From Candidatus Helarchaeota archaeon (GTDB lineage Archaea; Asgardarchaeota; Lokiarchaeia; Helarchaeales; RDOG01): 11,820 nt of DNA. The position numbers and the translations under genes were made by a program. This document shows, one piece after another, positions 7,684 through 11,820 of the stretch (position 1 is its first letter; every line of letters begins with the position of its first letter). The notes below the pieces were generated by a model. The model ran no database searches and was not told the DNA's origin. It saw nothing but the letters and a program-made list of their open reading frames with translations. The stretch spans positions 1 through 11,820 of the forward strand of contig JALGVI010000086.1 of the NCBI GenBank assembly GCA_029838215.1, given 5' to 3'.

Positions 7684-7922
7684 TCATCTCACGATTAGGT
7701 TTGCTTTTTTCTCGGCAACGCCTATTCTGGCAATCGTTCCTGAGTTGAATTGGACATAATCCTCTTCAATTCCGTCACTGAAGATAACTCCATTTTTGGG
7801 CATACTCGATGTGATGATCAATTCTTCTCCTTCTAGAATTTTGCCAAAAACGAGATTTGTCCTTGTAACGTTATGCCCTGATAGTTGTTTGTAATCTCGT
7901 TAAAAATAAAGTTAGAATCCAT
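7684..7922 (-). pseudogene. Degraded 3' remnant of an NAD-kinase-like ('sugar kinase') gene
   Basis: Stop-free, start-less frame 7899-7684 translates to RDYKQLSGHNVTRTNLVFGKILEGEELIITSSMPKNGVIFSDGIEEDYVQFNSGTIARIGVAEKKANLIVR*. I recognise this from memory as the C-terminus (MPxxGVIFSDGIExD..FNSG) of NAD-kinase-like proteins. Upstream 'DS / LYF*R' pieces are broken by a frameshift and a TAA. Missing from the ORF track. Confidence 0.6.
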
Positions 7923-8118
7923 CGTCATGGCAGGTATAGATACGATATTCGTTTTATATGCAAAATAAAAGAAACTAAGGCCCCTACCACTCTTTTTTTT
8001 CTTTCCAGAAATGTACTTAATGATGTACCGAGAAGGATCTCCTTTAAAATATTTCACCATTTTATTCACGATATTTTGTTTATATCTATTATATGACTAA
8101 CAAATTTCTTTTCCCGTA

Positions 8119-8161
8119 AAGATTTATAAGCTGTTTCAATAAGCTGTTTCGCAAGATTTAT
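8119..8161 (+). repeat. Nested direct repeats overlapping a TATA box upstream of the Fe-S gene
   Basis: ATAAGCTGTTTC at 8126-8137 and 8139-8150. AAGATTTAT at 8119-8127 and 8153-8161. TTTATAAG TATA box at 8123-8130, preceded by purine-rich AAAGA. Confidence 0.5.
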
Positions 8162-8241
8162 TGCTTCGGAGATGTTCTGATTTCTTGTATATGTGTTTTT
8201 TCAATCATTGCTTGTAGAATAAGAAAAAATTGCAAGACGTG

Positions 8242-9417
8242 ATGTCGATGACTCAAGCCGATCCAACCGAAACTGAGAAAACGGAAAAATATTATAAAAA
8301 AATTCGAGACGCCCTATTCATGCCTAGGGCTTTGAAAGAAAGTATCCAACTTCTAAAGGCGTGGTATTCACCTGAAGAAGCCCGTGTGGTTTCTGTTTTT
8401 AAGACCCCCATGATGGTTTCGATGCCCATTGAAAAAATTGCCGCAAAGACCAAGATGCCCGAAGAAAAAGTCAAGGAAATCGTTGAACGACTCGTGAAGA
8501 AGGGTCTTCTTTATAATTTCGTTAATAAAAAGGATGAGAATAAGCTCTATTATGCTCTTGCCTTCTTGTTTCCAGGTTTATTCGAATGGTACTTTGCATC
8601 TCCATTCGTTTCAATTGACGAAAAACGAAATGCCGCAAAGTTATTTGAAAAACTCGAACCCGTAATGGGTGCAATGATGGCATCGAAATATGAAACCGCA
8701 CGCGTGGCACCTGCAATGGATGCAAGGATTAAAACAATCAAGGTTGAAGAACCCGTCGAAGTAGGACAAAGTCAAGTCTTGCTTTTCGAAGATGTCGTCA
8801 AAATACTGGAGAATAGCTGGAGTATTGCAGTCATGCCTTGTCCTTGTAGGGTTTTCCACGGTACAATCCTTCGAGATGGTTGCGATAAACCAATTGATGT
8901 TTGCATAAATCTTAATTCTGTCTCTGAATATGTTCATCGGGTCGGAATCGGTCGCAAGATTTCAATCGAAGAAGCAAAAGCCATCCTTCACATGGCAGAA
9001 AAAGCGGGTTTGGTACATCTCGTGAATAATCTTTCAACCAAGCATTCTTTCATATGTAATTGTTGTTCCGACTGTTGTGGCTTCCTGAGCGTGGTGAACA
9101 AATTCAAGTTGTATGATGGTGTTGTCGCCCGATCTGATTATCGTCCTCGAGTGGATCTGGAAACTTGCATCAAGTGTGCAAAGTGCGTGAAAATTTGTCC
9201 TGTTGGCGCATTGCACATTGTCTACGGAAATAAAGAAGATCTATCCGATACCAAAATCATTGTTCGGGATGAATTATGCTTGGGATGTGGCGTGTGTGCT
9301 GTCAACTGCCCGAAACAAGCCATCAATCTCGAAAAAATAAAACAAACCCGTGCCGAAGACCTTGAAGATCAACTTTGGAAAGGCGGGATGCGCACGCAAA
9401 AAGAACGCCTCTTTTGA
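8242..9417 (+). CDS. 4Fe-4S dicluster domain protein with N-terminal winged-HTH-like region and extra Cys clusters
   Basis: C-terminal CIKCAKCVKICP and CLGCGVCAVNCP ferredoxin motifs. Central MPCPCR..C..C and CNCCSDCCG motifs. N-terminal 'IEKIAAKTKMPEEKVKEIVERLVKKGLL' is wHTH-like. Start is ATG 8242 or 8248 (track uses TTG 8230). Confidence 0.88.
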   Translation: MSMTQADPTETEKTEKYYKKIRDALFMPRALKESIQLLKAWYSPEEARVVSVFKTPMMVSMPIEKIAAKTKMPEEKVKEIVERLVKKGLLYNFVNKKDENKLYYALAFLFPGLFEWYFASPFVSIDEKRNAAKLFEKLEPVMGAMMASKYETARVAPAMDARIKTIKVEEPVEVGQSQVLLFEDVVKILENSWSIAVMPCPCRVFHGTILRDGCDKPIDVCINLNSVSEYVHRVGIGRKISIEEAKAILHMAEKAGLVHLVNNLSTKHSFICNCCSDCCGFLSVVNKFKLYDGVVARSDYRPRVDLETCIKCAKCVKICPVGALHIVYGNKEDLSDTKIIVRDELCLGCGVCAVNCPKQAINLEKIKQTRAEDLEDQLWKGGMRTQKERLF

Positions 9418-9423
9418 AAATTC

Positions 9424-9460
9424 AATGAAAACTGGACCAAAATCTCATTCACTTTTTTTC
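9424..9460 (+). terminator. Terminator candidate after the Fe-S gene
   Basis: AATGA...TCATT inverted repeat followed by CAC and a T7 tract. Shares TCACTTTTTTTC with 1261-1272. Confidence 0.45.
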
Positions 9461-9508
9461 GGGTGATTAAAAATTTCAGATGATTTAACTGAGATTGAAA
9501 TAGCGAGT

Positions 9509-9763
9509 TTGATTAAGCCGGAACTGATTCGTTCTCACGCAAAAAGACTCAATATCTCCGAAAACGGAAGCAGGAAATTTCTCGTTTTAGCAATCGAACA
9601 ACTAGCAAGTTCTACGTATCATCTTGATCTTGCCAAAAAAGGATTCATAAGAGGCAAAAATGACAAAATTCAGGAATTTCTATCTGAAGTTAGTGCCTGG
9701 GACGAAGACGAGTTTGATCTTGAAGATTTTGAAGTCATTGGCTATTGCAAGAACATAAGATAG
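9509..9763 (+). CDS. Small hypothetical protein with an acidic C-terminus; start uncertain
   Basis: 84 aa from TTG 9509, but the frame is open from 9467 with protein-like sequence (LKISDDLTEIEIASL). Non-overlapping and followed by a T-rich hairpin. No recognised family. Confidence 0.6.
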   Translation: MIKPELIRSHAKRLNISENGSRKFLVLAIEQLASSTYHLDLAKKGFIRGKNDKIQEFLSEVSAWDEDEFDLEDFEVIGYCKNIR

Positions 9764-9768
9764 ACATG

Positions 9769-9820
9769 TATCCTTGATCTTGATCGTCGATTCCAAGACT
9801 TTTTTTTGTCAAGATGGATA
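9769..9820 (+). terminator. Hairpin/T-tract terminator candidate
   Basis: TATCC(ttg)ATCTTGA (9769-9783) pairs with TCAAGATGGATA (9809-9820) and encloses a T8 run, just after the stop at 9763. Confidence 0.35.
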
Positions 9821-9925
9821 AAGTCGCGGTCTAATGATTGATAAACGATTCGGAAGAAACATTTTAATTCCTTCAAGCTCATTTTTAGTTTAATTTAGAT
9901 ATAATATCAAACATGGTGAATCTTC

Positions 9926-11131
9926 ATGCGTGCGTGGGTGAAAAAATTCATCCTTTCAGCATCAGTAATCGGAATGATCGTATTTCTCCTATTTTCAGGT
10001 AATTGGTTTGGTAGCTGGTATCTGAAGCTCAATTATAAGGCACCATATATTTCCATTACAACTGGAAATGCAAGCGAATGCATTGGCATCTCCTTTGAAA
10101 CTCCGTTACCTTGCATTGCGAATGTCTACATCGGAACAGATCTGACTTATTCTAATTTTACCAAGTCCGATACGAGTCTTACAACCGTTCATCATTTCAA
10201 TTTTACCGGTCTTTCGCCGGGCACGACTTACTATTACGTCGTTAATTCCAGCCAATATACTTGTGATTACATGAATAAGCATTACTCCTTTAAGACTGCC
10301 CCTGATTCTAACAACGCTCATTTTAAATTCGGAATAGTGGGAGACACGCGTCCTGATACGTTCGGTCATTCTGGAATGGAGATTACGATGACAGGCTTGA
10401 TGGCTCATGACCCTGATTTCATAATAAACGTGGGTGATATTGTCATGACATCGCTTCGCTTGGATCATTGGGCTCGATTCTTCCAGATGGTAACAATGAA
10501 CGACTATGGTTCGGAACATCCCTACATGGTAAGTATCGGAAACCACGAAACCATCGAGTATGGTGGCGATCACGGACTCACGTTCGATCGGCTCTTTTAC
10601 TTTCCAGATAGAAATCTATACTATGCTTATAATTACAGTAATACATGCTTCATCTCTCTAGATCTGGTCATAGACAGCTTTTTGAACCCAGACCCTGTTG
10701 GTGTTTCACAAGCACAGCTTGATTGGTTGACTGAAACTCTTCAAGAGGCAAATGCAAGTTCTGAAATCAATTGGATCATTGCTTCTTGGCACGTGCCAGC
10801 ATATTCGAGTGCTGGTGATAGTGAAACCGTAAAGGAAAAAATCATGCCAATATTGGAGCAATATAAAGTCGACTTGATCTTGGTCGGACATCATCATTTC
10901 TATGAACGATTGAGCATCAATAACATCCCTCACATCATTTCGGGTGGAGGCGGTGCTGAGATAGACCCATTCGTTTCAAGTCTTTCCCCATATTCTCAAA
11001 TCAGTAAGTCTGGCTATCAATATTGTACCGTTGAAATCACCGATACTGTACTCTCATTCAGTGCATTTGATCAGAACGGGATTCAATACGACACGTTAAC
11101 ACTTCAACAAAATAACCCTTGGAGGCTCTAA
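9926..11131 (+). CDS. Membrane-anchored/secreted metallophosphoesterase, purple-acid-phosphatase-like (FN3-type N-domain plus calcineurin-like domain)
   Basis: N-terminal hydrophobic helix. 'HHFNFTGLSPGTTYYY' FN3-like domain. Metal motifs GDTR, GDIV, GNHE, WHVP and GHHH. GGTGA SD at 9915-9919. Confidence 0.9.
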   Translation: MRAWVKKFILSASVIGMIVFLLFSGNWFGSWYLKLNYKAPYISITTGNASECIGISFETPLPCIANVYIGTDLTYSNFTKSDTSLTTVHHFNFTGLSPGTTYYYVVNSSQYTCDYMNKHYSFKTAPDSNNAHFKFGIVGDTRPDTFGHSGMEITMTGLMAHDPDFIINVGDIVMTSLRLDHWARFFQMVTMNDYGSEHPYMVSIGNHETIEYGGDHGLTFDRLFYFPDRNLYYAYNYSNTCFISLDLVIDSFLNPDPVGVSQAQLDWLTETLQEANASSEINWIIASWHVPAYSSAGDSETVKEKIMPILEQYKVDLILVGHHHFYERLSINNIPHIISGGGGAEIDPFVSSLSPYSQISKSGYQYCTVEITDTVLSFSAFDQNGIQYDTLTLQQNNPWRL

Positions 11132-11132
11132 A

Positions 11133-11789
11133 ATGGTTAGTAACATTTTATTCGATTATCGGGCTTGGTATTTCCTTATCGGTACTCTCTTATTTTTGGT
11201 TCCACGATTCATGAATTCCATTAGTGTCTTCGGACTTGAGCCAAACGAAACACCCCGAAACAACACTTCAACATTCATGTATTTCATTGTCGGTGCAATT
11301 TTTTACATGTTCATGATCGAAGACCTAATTACTGCGTTTTTGTATACAGGAAGTGCTGCTGCAAGTGCCATTCTACTTGAAATTGTCCCGGTTGTCCTGA
11401 TCTTTCTTATTGGATTTGTCTTTTCCTCCGAAGCGTTCGTCAAACCAACTAAAAATACTCTAATTACATTGTTAATCATTAGCGTGATTGGTCTTCCGCT
11501 TTCGTTCCTATTATTTCACAACACGTTTATTGACAATCTCTTTTCGTATTCTTATGTTTTAGGTCCTGTCATTGCAATCGTAATTGCTGCCGCTGGTGGA
11601 TATGGAATTCATAGAATACTTCGAAAGAAGTTGCCCGATTTTAACCAAGACCTTTGGAGCGTCAATTCTCTTTGGAAAATAACAAATAACCCCTATTTAT
11701 TAGGCACTATTATAATCGTATCTCTCCTTGAAATCTTCATGCAATTAAACGGCTATTCATTCGCCTATCCACTCGTTTATCTCCTCTAA
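11133..11789 (+). CDS. Hypothetical integral membrane protein (about 6 TM)
   Basis: 218 aa, multiple hydrophobic helices. ATG lies 1 nt after the upstream TAA, with GGAGG at 11121-11125, indicating translational coupling. Confidence 0.8.
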   Translation: MVSNILFDYRAWYFLIGTLLFLVPRFMNSISVFGLEPNETPRNNTSTFMYFIVGAIFYMFMIEDLITAFLYTGSAAASAILLEIVPVVLIFLIGFVFSSEAFVKPTKNTLITLLIISVIGLPLSFLLFHNTFIDNLFSYSYVLGPVIAIVIAAAGGYGIHRILRKKLPDFNQDLWSVNSLWKITNNPYLLGTIIIVSLLEIFMQLNGYSFAYPLVYLL

Positions 11790-11794
11790 TTCTC

Positions 11795-11803
11795 TTTTTT
11801 TTT
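11795..11803 (+). terminator. Oligo-U terminator candidate
   Basis: T9 run 5 nt after the stop at 11789. Confidence 0.45.
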
Positions 11804-11820
11804 AGTTTACCGATTTCGGA

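Noticed and set aside
7833-8069. 78-aa minus-strand ORF
   Set aside because: It runs through promoter-like AT-rich and poly-A sequence. Only its 3' end overlaps the pseudogene remnant, mostly in a different frame.
9415-9460. C-terminal Sec read-through of the Fe-S gene (TGA stop followed by AUGA)
   Set aside because: The AUGA pairs fully with UCAU in a terminator-like hairpin. There is no opposing GA and the UGA has no redox-motif context.
9624-9782. TTGATCTTG three times (9624, 9714, 9774) as a repeat array
   Set aside because: The unit is too short and irregularly spaced for CRISPR, and the first two copies lie within coding sequence (LDL, FDL).

Overview
AT-rich archaeal-type window. It has TATA/BRE promoters, GGTGA/GGAGG ribosome-binding sites and oligo-T terminators. 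By inference it comes from a selenocysteine-using archaeon, most plausibly Asgard/Lokiarchaeia. There are 11 intact-looking CDS: a MacB/FtsX ABC permease, selD, a PfkB sugar kinase, a low-complexity Zn-ribbon protein, a small HEXXH protein, an epoxide-hydrolase-like alpha/beta hydrolase, an ADP-forming acyl-CoA synthetase alpha subunit, a wHTH/poly-Cys/2x[4Fe-4S] protein, a small hypothetical protein, a membrane-anchored purple-acid-phosphatase-like metallophosphoesterase and a co-transcribed membrane protein. The main hidden signal is that the ORF track truncates selD. The real gene starts at ATG 2400 and reads through an in-frame TGA at 2355-2353 in the catalytic motif HG-U-ACK, so SelD is itself a selenoprotein. 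A structured 3'UTR element (1360-1283) resembles a eukaryote-type SECIS but has a non-canonical AUGA/AA core. The 7546-8229 intergenic region also hides an unannotated degraded gene remnant (NAD-kinase-like C-terminus) and candidate operator sites. All analysis was done by eye: no database searches or RNA folding were run.
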